Numbered from the stretch's first letter, positions 1 to 11,754 are shown. The stretch is DNA of 64,000 nucleotides from an uncultured delta proteobacterium (GCA_963711565.1 CAVQEQ010000001.1:800001-864000), one strand, 5' to 3'. The notes: generated from the sequence alone by a model not told the origin. Numbers and translations are program-made.

Positions 1-3000
1 GTGTCGAAGCCCTCGGTGAACCAATCGTGAATCTCGGCGAGTATCGTGCGAGCCTGGTCGCGCCTGCCCTGTTGCGCAAGCAAACGTGCGAGGCTCGTCG
101 TTGCGCGCAACTCAAACCACTTCGCGCCTTGTCGTGTTGCCAGAGCGACTGCGCGCCTTATGCATTGCTCAGCCTCCGCGGCATTTTCCGCTCCCATCAG
201 GATCAGAGTTTCGCCCGCCACTCGCTCGATCTCGGATTCCGCGTAGTGCTCGCCTGTTCGCGACGAGTGATCGCGGCCGGCGGCAACTGCATCGATCGCT
301 TCCTGGTAGCGGCCAGCCCTCAGGCAGGCCTCGGCAAGAATTGAACTAACGACCGTAGTGAATAGCGGATTAGCCCAGTTCGCGATGCCGTCGCGAATCA
401 TCTCGACTCCCCGCTCATGTTCTCCCTGCATGCTGGTGACCCAGCCCTGGTAGATGCGATTCAGCCCGGAAAATGCCGTAAAGCCACCTTCCTCGGACAC
501 TGCCTCAAGCTGTTCGCACACGTGCTGAGTGGCAAGTACTTCGCCCCGCGCGGCGCATATCCAGGTCTGGTGAAACAACACATATCCCAGTGAAAACGGC
601 TGCTTGAGCTCGCGACACCGCTTAATCGCGGACTCAAACAAATTGATAGCGCGGTCAGGATAACCTACGATGCAGTTGCTGAGCCCCGAAAAAGAGAGTG
701 TGGCTGCTTGTGGATCGCTCCCGTCAAAACTGATTCGTCCGGCGCCATCGGGGCAGAGCGCGACCGCCTGATTGAATGCAGTCAAAGCATCGCCGAGCTC
801 GCCTCTGAAATACCGGGTCAATCCTTGCAGGAAGAACGCATTGGCAAGATCGCCGGGGTTCCCGCGGCGCTCGGCCAGTTCGATCATTTGTCGAGCCAGT
901 TCCGCTCCTTCCCTGTAACGGGCGGCTATGTGGTGATCGAGCCACATCCCTTGCAACGCCGTAAAAAGCGCCACATCATCACCCGATTCGCGCGCGAGTT
1001 CGAGCATTCGCTGACATCCCAGCGTCGTCTGCGGCGAGCCCCATCCTTCGATGGCGATCGCGCCGCGCACCAGCGTGGAAAGCAGATCGAACTCCAGCCG
1101 GCCGCGTTCTGCGGTCGCCGCCAACGTAGGAACAATTGCGAGGCCGGCGCGAGCATAGGCCAGGGCCTCGCCCAATGCGGAACGTGACGCCGCCTGTTGC
1201 GCCGCCCGGCCGAGGTATTCGACCGCCTTTTCGAGATTGTTGCCACGGCCAAAATGATGCGCGAGCTCGGCCAGATGGTCGTCGAGCGAAGTTGCGTAGA
1301 GAGCTTCGAGTGCCGCGCCTATTCGGTCGTGCAATTGCTTGCGCCGTTCCATCAACACTGAGTTGTAGGCGACTTCCTGCGTCAGCGAGTGTTTGAAGGT
1401 GTATTCCGCGTCGCCCACGGCCGGCTGCTCGTAGATGAACTCGCTCAGTTGCAAGTCATTGAGCAGCCGATTGAGTTCGTCGTCAGAGTGTCCAACAGCC
1501 GCACGCACCAGAGACAGCGTAAATTCCCGCCCGATAACCGCCAAGGTCTGCAGCAGGTCCTTGGCGTCTGGCGGCAAGCGGTCAATGCGCGAGGCGAGAA
1601 TGGCCTGCACGGTCGGGGGAATCTTCAACTCTGCCAGTGGCCGCGTAAGCTTTACGGTGCCGTTGCGCACCAATGAACCCTCGTCCAGCAGCACCTGCAC
1701 CGTTTCTTCAATGAAGAAGGGCGTACCTTCGGTCCGGTCTATGATGATGCGTTTGAGCGGTGCCAGTTCGTCGCCGTCGCCCAGCATGTAGGAGAGCATT
1801 TCCCCGGCGCTCGCCTTGCCCAACGGATCGAGCCGCAAGTACGTGTAATGCGCCTTGCCGCTCCATTGATGGAAGTATTCGGGGCGGTAGTTCACTATCA
1901 TCAGGATCTTCGCGGCCCCGATCGAATCGGCGATCAGGTCAAAAAGCTTCTGGGTCTCTCCGTCAATCCACTGGAGATCCTCGAAGATCATCATCAGCGG
2001 CTGGTTGAGCGATTCGCGCAGCAACAACCGCTTGATCGCGTTCAGCGTTCGCTGCTTGCGCACTTGCGCGTCCATTTGCGCGTGCGGATCGTCACCTTCG
2101 ACGATGCCCAGCAAGCCGAACAGGTAGGGAAGAATGTCCTCAAGACTGCTCTCCAGCGCGATGACTCGTCCGGTCACTTTCTCGCGCCTGGTACGATGGT
2201 CATCTTCACTCGTAATCCCGAAATAGTTCCAGAGCAGATCGAGCACCGGCAGATAGGCGCTGGCCTTGCCGTGCGAGACCGAGAACGTCTCCAGCACCAT
2301 AAAGCCCGATTGTGAGGTCAGCTTAAATTCATGGAACAGCCGCGACTTGCCGACCCCTGCCTCCGCCATCACCGAGACAATCTGTCCGTGCCCGGCGCGC
2401 GCCGCTTCGGCCGCGTGCTGGAGGGCGCTCAATTCCTTTTGCCGGCCAACAAACCTGGTGTACCCGCGATTAGCGGAGCGTTGTAGCCGGGTGCGAATCG
2501 GGCCCAGCCCGGTCACCTCGTAAACATTGACCGGCTGGCTGACGCCTTTAATCCGCGCCGGGCCAAGCGGCTTCAGCGTGAAGTAGCCCTCGACCAGCTT
2601 GCGCACTGGTTCGCTGATCGCGATTGAACCGGGGGCCGCCAGCGACTGCAGGCGCGAGGCCAGACTGGTCGAATGGCCGATCGGCGTGTACTCGCTGCGA
2701 CTCTCATCAGTCTTGATTGTGCGGACCACCACCTCGCCAGTGTTGACTCCGACTCGGATTATAACCGGCGCCCGCCCGTGTTTGCGCAACTCGTCTGAGT
2801 AACGTCTGAGGTCTTCCTGCATCCGCAGCGCGGCGTACAGCGCCCGCTGCGCATGGTCTTCGTACGCGACCGGTGCGCCGAACAATGCGAAGATCCCGTC
2901 TCCAGTGGACTGCGCGACGTACCCGTCGTAGCGATGGACCGCGTCCATCATCAGCGCGAGGGCGGGATCGACGATCGCGCGCGCGTCCTCGGGATCGAGA

Positions 3001-3314
3001 TCCTCGATCAGTTCCATTGACCCTTTGATGTCGGCGAAAAGCGGCGAGACGGTCTTGCGTTCCCCCTCGAGAATTGCGGCATCCTGTTCCCGGCCAAGAC
3101 GCAGCGAAGAAACGGGAGATAAGGGCCCAACGGAGCTGACGCTTCTTGTTTTGGCTGGTGCAGCCGAGAGCGTCGTACCGCAGGCGCCGCAGAACTTGTT
3201 GTCGGGCGGGTTCTTATCTCCGCACTTCGGACAACGAGCGGCAAGCTTCGCGCCGCACTTACCGCAGAACTTCTTGTCCTCAGGATTTTCGCACTTGCAG
3301 GCCAGACAAAGCAT
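1..3314 (-). CDS. Class III adenylate/guanylate cyclase with double zinc ribbon, AAA ATPase and TPR-like C-terminus (runs off the left edge)
   Basis: Manual translation from ATG at 3314: MLCLACKCENPEDKKFCGKCG...CPKCGDKNPPDNKFCGACG, then ERKTVSPLFADIKGS and QSTGDGIFALFGAP (cyclase), EAGVGKSRL (Walker A), and IHDWFTEGFD at the window edge in the same frame. Missing from the ORF track because there is no stop in the window. Confidence 0.9.
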   Translation of the reverse strand, partial: MLCLACKCENPEDKKFCGKCGAKLAARCPKCGDKNPPDNKFCGACGTTLSAAPAKTRSVSSVGPLSPVSSLRLGREQDAAILEGERKTVSPLFADIKGSMELIEDLDPEDARAIVDPALALMMDAVHRYDGYVAQSTGDGIFALFGAPVAYEDHAQRALYAALRMQEDLRRYSDELRKHGRAPVIIRVGVNTGEVVVRTIKTDESRSEYTPIGHSTSLASRLQSLAAPGSIAISEPVRKLVEGYFTLKPLGPARIKGVSQPVNVYEVTGLGPIRTRLQRSANRGYTRFVGRQKELSALQHAAEAARAGHGQIVSVMAEAGVGKSRLFHEFKLTSQSGFMVLETFSVSHGKASAYLPVLDLLWNYFGITSEDDHRTRREKVTGRVIALESSLEDILPYLFGLLGIVEGDDPHAQMDAQVRKQRTLNAIKRLLLRESLNQPLMMIFEDLQWIDGETQKLFDLIADSIGAAKILMIVNYRPEYFHQWSGKAHYTYLRLDPLGKASAGEMLSYMLGDGDELAPLKRIIIDRTEGTPFFIEETVQVLLDEGSLVRNGTVKLTRPLAELKIPPTVQAILASRIDRLPPDAKDLLQTLAVIGREFTLSLVRAAVGHSDDELNRLLNDLQLSEFIYEQPAVGDAEYTFKHSLTQEVAYNSVLMERRKQLHDRIGAALEALYATSLDDHLAELAHHFGRGNNLEKAVEYLGRAAQQAASRSALGEALAYARAGLAIVPTLAATAERGRLEFDLLSTLVRGAIAIEGWGSPQTTLGCQRMLELARESGDDVALFTALQGMWLDHHIAARYREGAELARQMIELAERRGNPGDLANAFFLQGLTRYFRGELGDALTAFNQAVALCPDGAGRISFDGSDPQAATLSFSGLSNCIVGYPDRAINLFESAIKRCRELKQPFSLGYVLFHQTWICAARGEVLATQHVCEQLEAVSEEGGFTAFSGLNRIYQGWVTSMQGEHERGVEMIRDGIANWANPLFTTVVSSILAEACLRAGRYQEAIDAVAAGRDHSSRTGEHYAESEIERVAGETLILMGAENAAEAEQCIRRAVALATRQGAKWFELRATTSLARLLAQQGRRDQARTILAEIHDWFTEGFD

Positions 3315-3388
3315 TACTGATGCTTTCGCGTCCGAATCGTGTTGATAGAACTAAATAAACACGAGTAGTAACTAAGTAAGCGCTAGTA

Positions 3389-3418
3389 AAATTAACAAAT
3401 GAGCGCAAACTGTGTCAA
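3389..3418 (-). promoter_or_regulatory. Putative sigma70 promoter of the cyclase gene
   Basis: Minus strand reads TTGACA-18 nt-TAATTT with an extended TG, in AT-rich intergenic DNA. Confidence 0.5.
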
Positions 3419-3604
3419 GGTGTAGATATGGTTGGAGTTTTGCGCCGACCGCCTTATCGTGACTGGCATGATTGCGATCCTGTTGCCGATGGTTTCTCTG
3501 GCTTCCTCGCGGCGTGATCGATCGGCTCAGCAGACGGTTGGCAACAAGAACGCTCCATGGTCTCGTACGCTGTTAGAAAGCACCTCTGCGTGCAAAGGTA
3601 ACTT

Positions 3605-4603
3605 ATGGCAGATTCTGTCGCGGGCCATCGCGAGATAGCCGTCATGACCCTGAATGTCTACTTCGGGACAGACCTGGGGCCACTGTTCGGCGCTAAAGAT
3701 CTGCCGGAGTTGATCGAGGCGGTCGCAAAAGCGTGGGCCGAGGTTCTCGCGACTGACATTCCTGCACGGGCCGCGAGCATCGCGGGTGAGATCGCGGCAT
3801 CCAAGCCAGACCTCGTGGGCCTGCAAGAGGTCGTACAGTGGTCCACCGGAACGGCTGGCGCGATGTCTCCCAGGTTAGATTTTCTGCTGCTGATTCTTGA
3901 AGCGCTGCGTAACGAGGGGTGCTTTTACGCCCCGATCGCAATCAGGAAGGATCTCGATCAGGCCGGGCCTTTGGACATGAGCGGAAATTTCGTACGATTG
4001 GAGGATCGTCACGCGGTGCTCATCAGGGTCGAGCCGCTGCCCACACAAGTGCGGCCGTACAACATCCAGGCGGAAACTTTCTCGAAGCTCTTTGGAATCA
4101 CGAGCCCAATCATGGGATCGCTGGCAATCCCGCGTAGCTGGATTGCTGTTAACGCAATGCTGGGTGACAAGAAATTCCGCCTCGTCGAAACTCACATCGA
4201 ATCGCTGGATGAGGTTGTGCAGTTGGCGCAGGAAAGGGAACTGGTCGCCGCGCTGGCAAACATCGAGTCACCAATCATCGTGATGGGGGATTTCAATTCG
4301 AACGGAAATCAAGAACCCGGTGTGCCGGACAATACCGCGACTTACCCTGAAATGATCGCCACGGGTTTCAAGGACGCCTGGGGCGCGGTGAATCCCTGCG
4401 ATCCCGGCAATACCTGTTGCCATACGGCTGACCTGCGCAATCCCGCCCTGGAACACAACAGGCGGCTCGACCTAATCCTCACGCGCGGCGCAATTACGCC
4501 GCTGTCGGCGAGGCTGGTTGCAGCGGAACCCGCCGCTCGCACCGCCTCGGGAGTGTGGCCCACGGACCATGCGGGCCTGCTGGTGAAACTGCGATTCGAC
4601 TAG
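3605..4603 (+). CDS. Endonuclease/exonuclease/phosphatase (EEP) family protein
   Basis: Motifs VMTLNV, DLVGLQE, ETH, MGDFN, RLDLI, TDH. Confidence 0.9.
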   Translation: MADSVAGHREIAVMTLNVYFGTDLGPLFGAKDLPELIEAVAKAWAEVLATDIPARAASIAGEIAASKPDLVGLQEVVQWSTGTAGAMSPRLDFLLLILEALRNEGCFYAPIAIRKDLDQAGPLDMSGNFVRLEDRHAVLIRVEPLPTQVRPYNIQAETFSKLFGITSPIMGSLAIPRSWIAVNAMLGDKKFRLVETHIESLDEVVQLAQERELVAALANIESPIIVMGDFNSNGNQEPGVPDNTATYPEMIATGFKDAWGAVNPCDPGNTCCHTADLRNPALEHNRRLDLILTRGAITPLSARLVAAEPAARTASGVWPTDHAGLLVKLRFD

Positions 4604-4867
4604 GACCGTGCGTCAAGCCAACTTGACCGGAGCGGCGGCACTCTCCTCGCTTTGCTCATCTTTGGAACTCCCTCCCAGGTTCTGGATCAACTTTGACGTA
4701 TCATGATTAGTCAAAGCGCCCTTCCCATACCTGGAGAATGAATTTAGGACCGGAATTCGTCTAATGAAGGTTTTCTCTACTATTAGTTTTGTTTAAGAAT
4801 GGCACCATGATTTAGCAATGATACCGCACTGATTAAACAAGATGACCGGTTTACACTAAAACATCAG

Positions 4868-4897
4868 TTGACATTATTACAGCTATCTCACTACTCT
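4868..4897 (+). promoter_or_regulatory. Putative sigma70 promoter upstream of the RND operon
   Basis: TTGACA-18 nt-TACTCT within an AT-rich 4700-4950 spacer. Confidence 0.45.
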
Positions 4898-4987
4898 TTC
4901 GCTTGGCTTACACTAGATATACGTTAATATTATTGCGAAAGAGCTTCAAAGTAGGGCTATCGTTTTCTCACGTCGAGATAATCCACC

Positions 4988-5140
4988 ATGGCGCAGTCTG
5001 GCACCGTCGCGCTTTTGTTCCCTGATCTGGTCAACCCGACAACGCCCTTGCAGCAGGCCGGCGATGCCGAGAGCTTCGACTTTATGGCCGGATGGATCAG
5101 GCGCGCCGAGCCATCTGACGCGATCCATGCGAGTCAATAA
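4988..5140 (+). pseudogene. 50-aa ORF resembling a degenerate class III cyclase N-terminus, coupled to the RND adaptor
   Basis: MAQSGTVALLFPDLVNPTTPLQQAGDAE... resembles cyclase GTVTLLFTDLVxST; its TAA overlaps the next ATG (TAATG). Confidence 0.5.
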
Positions 5141-6270
5141 TGCTGCAGCGGCTGTTGAAGTTGATTTTGCTTGCGGCCTTTGCGATCGGTGCGTACGGAT
5201 GTGCTCCAGACGACCCGCCCGCGCCTCCGCGCATCGCGGTCACCGTTCTCACCGTCAGCCCGGGTGAGGCTGCGGCAGGCTCGGAAGCCTACACTGCGAG
5301 CCTCCAACCCTATCAGCAAGTTTCCGTGGCCTTTCAGGTAAGCGGTTACGTCAACTCGATCAAGCAGGTCACCGGTGCCGACGGGCGCATGCGCGAGATC
5401 CAGGGAGGCGACCTCGTCAAAGCCCACGAGCTGCTCGCGACGGCCACCTCCGACACCTACCAGGACCTGGTTAGCCAGTCCGCGTCGGCCCTTGCAAGCG
5501 CGCAAGCTTCGTATGTGAGAGCCAAGCAGGACTTCGATCGCGACTCGACACTACTGAAGCAGCAGGTCATCGCGCAGGCCACCTACGATCAAGCGTCGCA
5601 GGTTTATCAGTCGGCGGGTTCGCAGGTCGAAGAGTCTCAAGCTGCCCTTCGGCAGGCGCAGGTCAAGCTCAACTACTGCAAACTCACTTCGCCGATGGAC
5701 GGTGTCGTGCTTGATCGCCACATCGAAGTTGGCTCGCTGGTTGAACCGGCCACGGTCGCCCTTGAGGTCGCCGACCTGAGCGACATGAAGGCGGTTTTCG
5801 GCGTCTCCGACATGGAGGTCGGAGAGCTGAAGCAAGGCAGCTCGCAAACGCTCAGCGCTGAAGCGCTGCCGGGTGTTCCTTTGATAGGCAAGATCACCAG
5901 CGTCGCCCCGAATGCCGACCTCACCACGCGCACCTTCGATGTCGAGGTCACCGTACCCAACAAGGACGGCAAGCTGCGCTCCGGCATGATCGCTTCGCTG
6001 CAGATTGCCGCAACGGGAACGCCTGCCGTCTCATCGGCGACGTTGCCGCTCAACGCAATCGTTCGGCCGCCCAACGATCGCAACAATTTCGCTGTCTATG
6101 TTGTCGAAGACCACGACGGCAAGTCTTTCGCGCGGCTGCGCAGGGTTGACCTCGGCGAAATCGTGGGCAACGAAATCACGGTTTCCAAGGGGGTTAATAT
6201 TGGCGACCGCGTCATCATGCGCGGCGCGACGATGGTGTCGGAAGGCGCCGAGGTCAGGGTCATGCCCTGA
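5140..6270 (+). CDS. RND efflux periplasmic adaptor (MFP), lipoprotein
   Basis: Signal peptide with lipobox AYGC; VAFQVSGYV, LTSPMDGVV, TRTFDVEV, LRSGM. Confidence 0.92.
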   Translation: MLQRLLKLILLAAFAIGAYGCAPDDPPAPPRIAVTVLTVSPGEAAAGSEAYTASLQPYQQVSVAFQVSGYVNSIKQVTGADGRMREIQGGDLVKAHELLATATSDTYQDLVSQSASALASAQASYVRAKQDFDRDSTLLKQQVIAQATYDQASQVYQSAGSQVEESQAALRQAQVKLNYCKLTSPMDGVVLDRHIEVGSLVEPATVALEVADLSDMKAVFGVSDMEVGELKQGSSQTLSAEALPGVPLIGKITSVAPNADLTTRTFDVEVTVPNKDGKLRSGMIASLQIAATGTPAVSSATLPLNAIVRPPNDRNNFAVYVVEDHDGKSFARLRRVDLGEIVGNEITVSKGVNIGDRVIMRGATMVSEGAEVRVMP

Positions 6271-9200
6271 TGGCACATCGCAGCGACGACGAGATAATCC
6301 GGACTACTCACAATCTCGCGCGTTTCTGCGTCGAGAATCGCGCTATTTCCTGGGTGTTGCTGGTCGGTGTCCTCGTGTGGGGTGTTTTCGGCTACGCGCG
6401 GATGCCCAAGCGCAAGGACCCGGACGTTCCAGTGCGCGAGGCAGTAGCGATTTGCCCTTGGCCCGGCGTCAATGCGCAGCAAGTCGAGCAGATGGTGACG
6501 CGGAAAATCGAGGCCACGATTGCGCAGAATTCATTCATCCATCCGGCTGGCGCCAGCACCAACTATGGCATTCGATCGGTCACACTCGACGGCGTCGCCA
6601 TCGTCTACATTCAACTCGATGAAAAACTCGCCGACGCCGCAAAGCAATTTAACGACATAAACCTCAAACTCAACAGCATCGACGACCTCCCAAGCGGCAC
6701 GGCCCGATCGAGTTTCAGAGCGATTTCGGCGATACCGCCGCGCTGATGCTGACGGTCGCGAGCCCCAGGGAAGGTGAGGTCCAACTCGCACTCAGGGCAC
6801 GCGCGATCCGCGCGGCCATCGAGCGGACGCGCGAGACTGCTCGCGCCGGCTCGAAGACGAACAGAGTTTCGCTGGTAACGCTGTATCCGCATTCGATCGG
6901 AACGGACAACGTGGTACGAGCGCGCGATGGGCTCGCGCAATATCTGAGCGCCCACAACATCGTTCGCGATCTGCGGACGTTCGGCGGCAGTGGTTTCGTC
7001 GGAATTGACGGAGTCGTCGGAGCCGGCTCCGATCTGCCCGCGATCGCGGGCAAGTTTATCGCCGATCATGTAGGTACTTCCGTGTTCCCGGCGGTGCACC
7101 CCGATGCGTGGCCCCCAGTGCTCATTCGGAATTCCGCGGATACCGAATCGGTGCTGATGGCTTCGGCCGGCGACAAATACACCTATCGCGAACTCGACCG
7201 CTACACCGATTTGATCCAGAGGGCGCTTGAAACGCTGCCCAATGTCGAAAAGATCTCGCGCTCCGGCGTTCTGCCGCAGTGGGTGCAACTCGCTTACTCA
7301 CAGAAGCGCCTCGCGTCATATGGAGTCACCCCGTCGCGTCTTTCGCAGATTATTGCCGACCGCAATATCACGCGCTCGGGTGGGATGATCAATGCGGAAG
7401 GCACCGACGTCACGGTGCATCCGACGGGCGAATTCACCAGCGCGCCCGAGATCGGCGACGTGATCGTCCAGCAGTCGCTTTCGGGAGTCCCGCTCTACTT
7501 GCGCGATCTCGTAAACGTCCTGCCGGGCTATGAGAATCCGCCGAGGCTGCTGAACTTCTATACCTGGCGCGACAGCGATGGACGCTGGAATCGGAGCCGC
7601 GCCGTTACGCTGGCAATCTTCATGCGGCCTGGCCAACAAATCGGCGAGTTCGGTCTGTCGATTGATCGATCGCTGGAAGCGCTGAGAAGCCGTCTTCCCG
7701 AAGATCTAATCATGGCGCGGACGTCGGACCAGCCGCGCCAGGTTCGCGAAAACCTCGACCTCCTGATGACCGCTTTGTACGAGGCGATCGTCCTCGTCGT
7801 CCTGGTCGCGTGGCTGGGGTTTTGGGAGTGGCGCTCGGCGCTGCTAATAGCGTTGTCGATTCCTATCACGCTCGCGATGACGTTCGGCATGATGTACGTA
7901 CTGGGAATCGATTTGCAGCAGGTATCGATCGCAACGCTCATCATCGCGCTGGGACTGCTGGTCGACGATCCGGTCGTTGCCGGCGACGCGATCAAGCACG
8001 AGCTCGGGATGGGACGTCCCTCGACCGTCGCCGCCTGGCTCGGGCCGACCAAGCTCGCGCGCGCAATCCTGTTCGCGACCATCACTAATATCGTCGCCTA
8101 TCTGCCGTTTCTGATGATCAGCGGCGACACCGGGGAATTTCTCTACAGCCTGCCGATCGTTATGACCTGCGCGCTTGTCGCGTCGCGCATCGTGTCGATG
8201 ACGTTCATCCCGCAGCTCGGCTATTACCTCATGCGCCCCGGCAAACCGCTGCCGCCGATTGAGTATCGGCGCACGCACGGCGTGACCGGCGTGTATTACA
8301 AGCTCGGCCACTATGCGCTCGAACATCGCAAAGTGTTTGTCGCGTGCTCGTTTCTCTTTCTTGGCGGCGGCGTGTTGATCGGCACGCATCTGCGCAGCGC
8401 ATTCTTTCCCGAGGATGTTCAGTACCTCGCCTATATCAACGTCTGGCTGCGCAATGGCGCGGCGATCTCCGATACCAACATGATTGCCGACGAGGCCGAG
8501 GCGGTCGTCCGCCACGCAGCCGCGAATTATGGCCGCGAGCATCCTGGCAGAGACGGCAAGCCGCGCGAGATTCTGAAATCCGTCACGAGCTTCGTCGGTG
8601 GCGGCGGTCCGCGATTCTGGTTCTCTGCCGCGTCGGAAGCGGAGCAGAGCAACTATGCGCAGCTCATCATCGAAATTTACGACAAGGAAGACATGCCCAA
8701 GCTGGTCGGACCGCTGCAAACGGCCTTGTCGGACTCGGTGCCCGGAGCGTACCTCGACGTGCGGCAATTGCTGACCAATCCGGTCCAGAATCCGATCGAA
8801 GTTCACGTGCAGGGTCAGGAGGACCTCGACCCGGCAGAGGAAGATGCGGAGATCGATACGCTGCGCCGCACTGCGGATCAGGTCGAGGACGTCCTGCGTG
8901 CCACTCCCGGCGCCTTGCGTGTTCGCACCGACTGGATGGAGGAAAGTCCAATCGTCAAGCTTCCCATCAACGCTGACCGCGCGAACCTGGCAGGTGTCAG
9001 CAATGCCAACGTCGCGCGCTCTGCGGCAGGCGGGCTCAGTGGATGGCAGGTTGGTTCGCTGCTCGACGGCGATCTTCAAATTCCGATTGTCGCGCGCCTC
9101 AGACAGGAGGAGCGCGCGCAACTCGCCGACGTAAGCAACCTCTACGTTTATGCCACATCGGGACCTGGCCGGGTGCCGATCGATTCGCTCGTGCCGATGG

Positions 9201-9922
9201 TATTTCAGATGAGTCAGGAGCGGATCGTGCGGCGCGACCACTTTCGCACCATGACCGTGACCGCGTTTCCAGCGCCCGGCGTGCTGCCGTCGGAGGTTTT
9301 GTCAAAGGCCCTTCCCAAAATCGACGCGCTTCGCACCGAGCTTTCCCCCGGATATCGAATTCTGATCGGCGGCGAACAGGCCAGTCAGGACCAGGCCTTC
9401 GGCGAACTGACGATCGTACTCGGAACCTCGGTCACAATGATCTTCATCGCGCTCGTGTTGCAGTTCGACAATCTGATCAAACCCTGGCTGGTGTTTACCG
9501 CCGTTCCTTACGGCGTCGTCGGAGCGCTGGCCGCGCTATGGCTGACCGGGACGCCGTTCGGCTTCATGGCGTTTCTCGGCGTCGCGAGCCTGGTCGGCGT
9601 AATCGTGAGCCATGTGATCGTGCTCTTCGAGTTCATCGAGGAGCGCCAGGAACTCGGAGAGGAATTGATCCAGGGATTGCTCGATGCCGGGATCGAGCGG
9701 CTGCGTCCCGTGATGGTGACGGTGGGCGCGACTCTGCTGGCGCTGTTTCCACTCGCGTTGCATGGCGGCCCGCTGTGGCGGCCCCTGTGCTTCGCGCAGA
9801 TCGGCGGCCTGAGTCTCGCCACCGTGATCGAGCTGGTGTTGGTGAAGTCCTTCTACGCAATTTTCGTGGCCGATCTCGGAATCCTTAAGTGGGGTCCGCG
9901 TCCCGTCGCACATCCCGAGTGA
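6270..9922 (+). CDS. RND efflux permease (AcrB/CzcA-like), split by a single-base frameshift near 6700
   Basis: ORF 6270-6746 carries TM1 and RKDP. Restoring one base at ~6700 gives PSGTGPIEFQSDFGDTAALML, which joins ORF 6746-9922 (GLLVDD, ERLRPVMVT). Confidence 0.88.
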
Positions 9923-9931
9923 GAATATATT

Positions 9932-11713
9932 TTGTTGAACGGACTGGATTCAAAATTTGAGATTACGATAGAAGAGCCGAAAAGCCTGGTCGAGAAACTC
10001 GCCGGCCTGCCTCTGCTTGAGAGCGTAGAGGCTCATCTCCTGGACGCGATCTCAGAGGAGTTCGAGTGGTTCAGCCTGCCGGGCGGCCAGCTACTCTTCA
10101 GCCAGGGCGATACCGACGATTCGCTGTACGTGGTTCTGTCTGGCCGCCTCGGCGCTTTTCTACACGGCGACGACGGTAAGGAAATACTCATTCGGCAGAT
10201 GACGGCCGGCGAAACGGTGGGCGAGATGGCGCTGCTGTCGGGCGAGCCGCGTTCAGCCACGGTGGTGGCGCTGCGCGATACTGAGCTTGCGCGGCTCTCC
10301 AAGGCTGCCTTTACCAAACTGATTGACGAGCACCCGAAGGCGCTGCGCTTCGTGACCGATTTGCTCGTGCGGCGGCTGCGCCAAGCGCCGCGGCTCGCGC
10401 CCGCGGCCCAAGCGGCCAGGACCGCCGCCATCTTTCCGCTCGATCGCGATCTCGCCGCCAGCGGGTTTGCGCGATCGTTCGCCAAGGCGTTTGAGGAGCT
10501 TGGGCTCAAGGCCTGCGTGATAGACCGCAGCTCGGCTGCGCGGCCGATCGAATGGTTCAACGCGCTGGAAGAAGATCACGACATGGTCCTGTACGAGGCC
10601 GACTTCGAGCCCTCGCAATGGACTCGTCACTGCCTGCGCCAGGCTGATCGGCTGGTCATGCTGGCGGACGCGACGCGCCCTTTGACCGTGATGCCCCCGG
10701 CACTCGACGCTGTGGCGGCCAACCCGCGCCGCGCTCCGATCGAACTGGCGCTCTATTGCCGGCGATCGCTCTCACCGTCACAAACGTTGGCCTTCCTCCA
10801 GCGTTTCGGCGTGACCCATCAGCACCACGTTCGAGAAGGCGTGCCGCGCGATTTGCGGCGATTGGCCCGGATGATCACGGGGCGCGCGATTGGAGTTGTC
10901 TTGTCGGGCGGCGGTGCGCGCGGCCTGGCGCACATCGGCGTGATTCACGCGCTGCGCGAGTCGGGTCTCGAACTGGATCTCTTCGGCGGCGCCAGCATGG
11001 GCTCGATCGTTGGCGCCGGCGCCGCGATCGAATGGAGCGACGAGGAGTTGCACGGTCATATGCGCGAGGCGTTTTTCGACGATAACCCTATTAGCGATTA
11101 CACCGTGCCGATGATTTCGCTGGTGCGTGGACGCAAAACATCCGCCTTCCTGCGCAGTCACTTCGGCAATCGGCAGATCGAGGACATGCCGTGTCCGTAC
11201 TTCTGCGTATCGGCAAATCTCACCACCGGCCAGCTGAAGATTCATCGAACCGGTCCGCTGTGGCTGGCGACGCGTGCGAGCGTCTCGATTCCCGGCGTGC
11301 TGCCGCCCGTAATCGACGGCTCCGACATCCTGGTTGACGGCGGGACATTGAATAATCTGCCGATCGACGTGATGAGCGACATGCGCCGTGGTCCAATCGT
11401 CGCGGTCGATGTCTCAAGCGACTGGGCTTTCAAGGCCACCATCGACGATATCGATCAGCGGCCGCTGCGGCAGCTTCTTACTCACGCGCGAAAGGGTACG
11501 CCCAACATCATTAACATCCTGATGGCCGCCGGAGCCATGAGCAGCCATGCGCAGGTGAGGGCGCTGCGCAACCACGTCGATTTGCTGATCGAGCCGCCGT
11601 TGGCAGAGATCAACATGCTCGATTGGAAAGCGTTCCACAAAACGGTCGATGCCGGCTATCGGCATACGATGGAGATATTGGAAAAGAGAAAGGGCGTGCT
11701 CCTCCCGGCTTAG
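9932..11713 (+). CDS. cNMP-binding patatin-like phospholipase (NTE-like)
   Basis: cNMP domain GEMALLSGEPRSATV; patatin motifs SGGGARG, GASMG, DGG. Confidence 0.93.
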   Translation: MLNGLDSKFEITIEEPKSLVEKLAGLPLLESVEAHLLDAISEEFEWFSLPGGQLLFSQGDTDDSLYVVLSGRLGAFLHGDDGKEILIRQMTAGETVGEMALLSGEPRSATVVALRDTELARLSKAAFTKLIDEHPKALRFVTDLLVRRLRQAPRLAPAAQAARTAAIFPLDRDLAASGFARSFAKAFEELGLKACVIDRSSAARPIEWFNALEEDHDMVLYEADFEPSQWTRHCLRQADRLVMLADATRPLTVMPPALDAVAANPRRAPIELALYCRRSLSPSQTLAFLQRFGVTHQHHVREGVPRDLRRLARMITGRAIGVVLSGGGARGLAHIGVIHALRESGLELDLFGGASMGSIVGAGAAIEWSDEELHGHMREAFFDDNPISDYTVPMISLVRGRKTSAFLRSHFGNRQIEDMPCPYFCVSANLTTGQLKIHRTGPLWLATRASVSIPGVLPPVIDGSDILVDGGTLNNLPIDVMSDMRRGPIVAVDVSSDWAFKATIDDIDQRPLRQLLTHARKGTPNIINILMAAGAMSSHAQVRALRNHVDLLIEPPLAEINMLDWKAFHKTVDAGYRHTMEILEKRKGVLLPA

Positions 11714-11754
11714 AATCAGATGCCATCAAAGTGTGAATCTGCAATGGCGCAGTC

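Noticed and set aside
27-3358. Many plus-strand ORFs
   Set aside because: Shadows of the minus-strand cyclase gene
3432-3638. 68-aa hydrophobic ORF as a lost signal peptide of the EEP gene
   Set aside because: Different frame, with no homology evidence available
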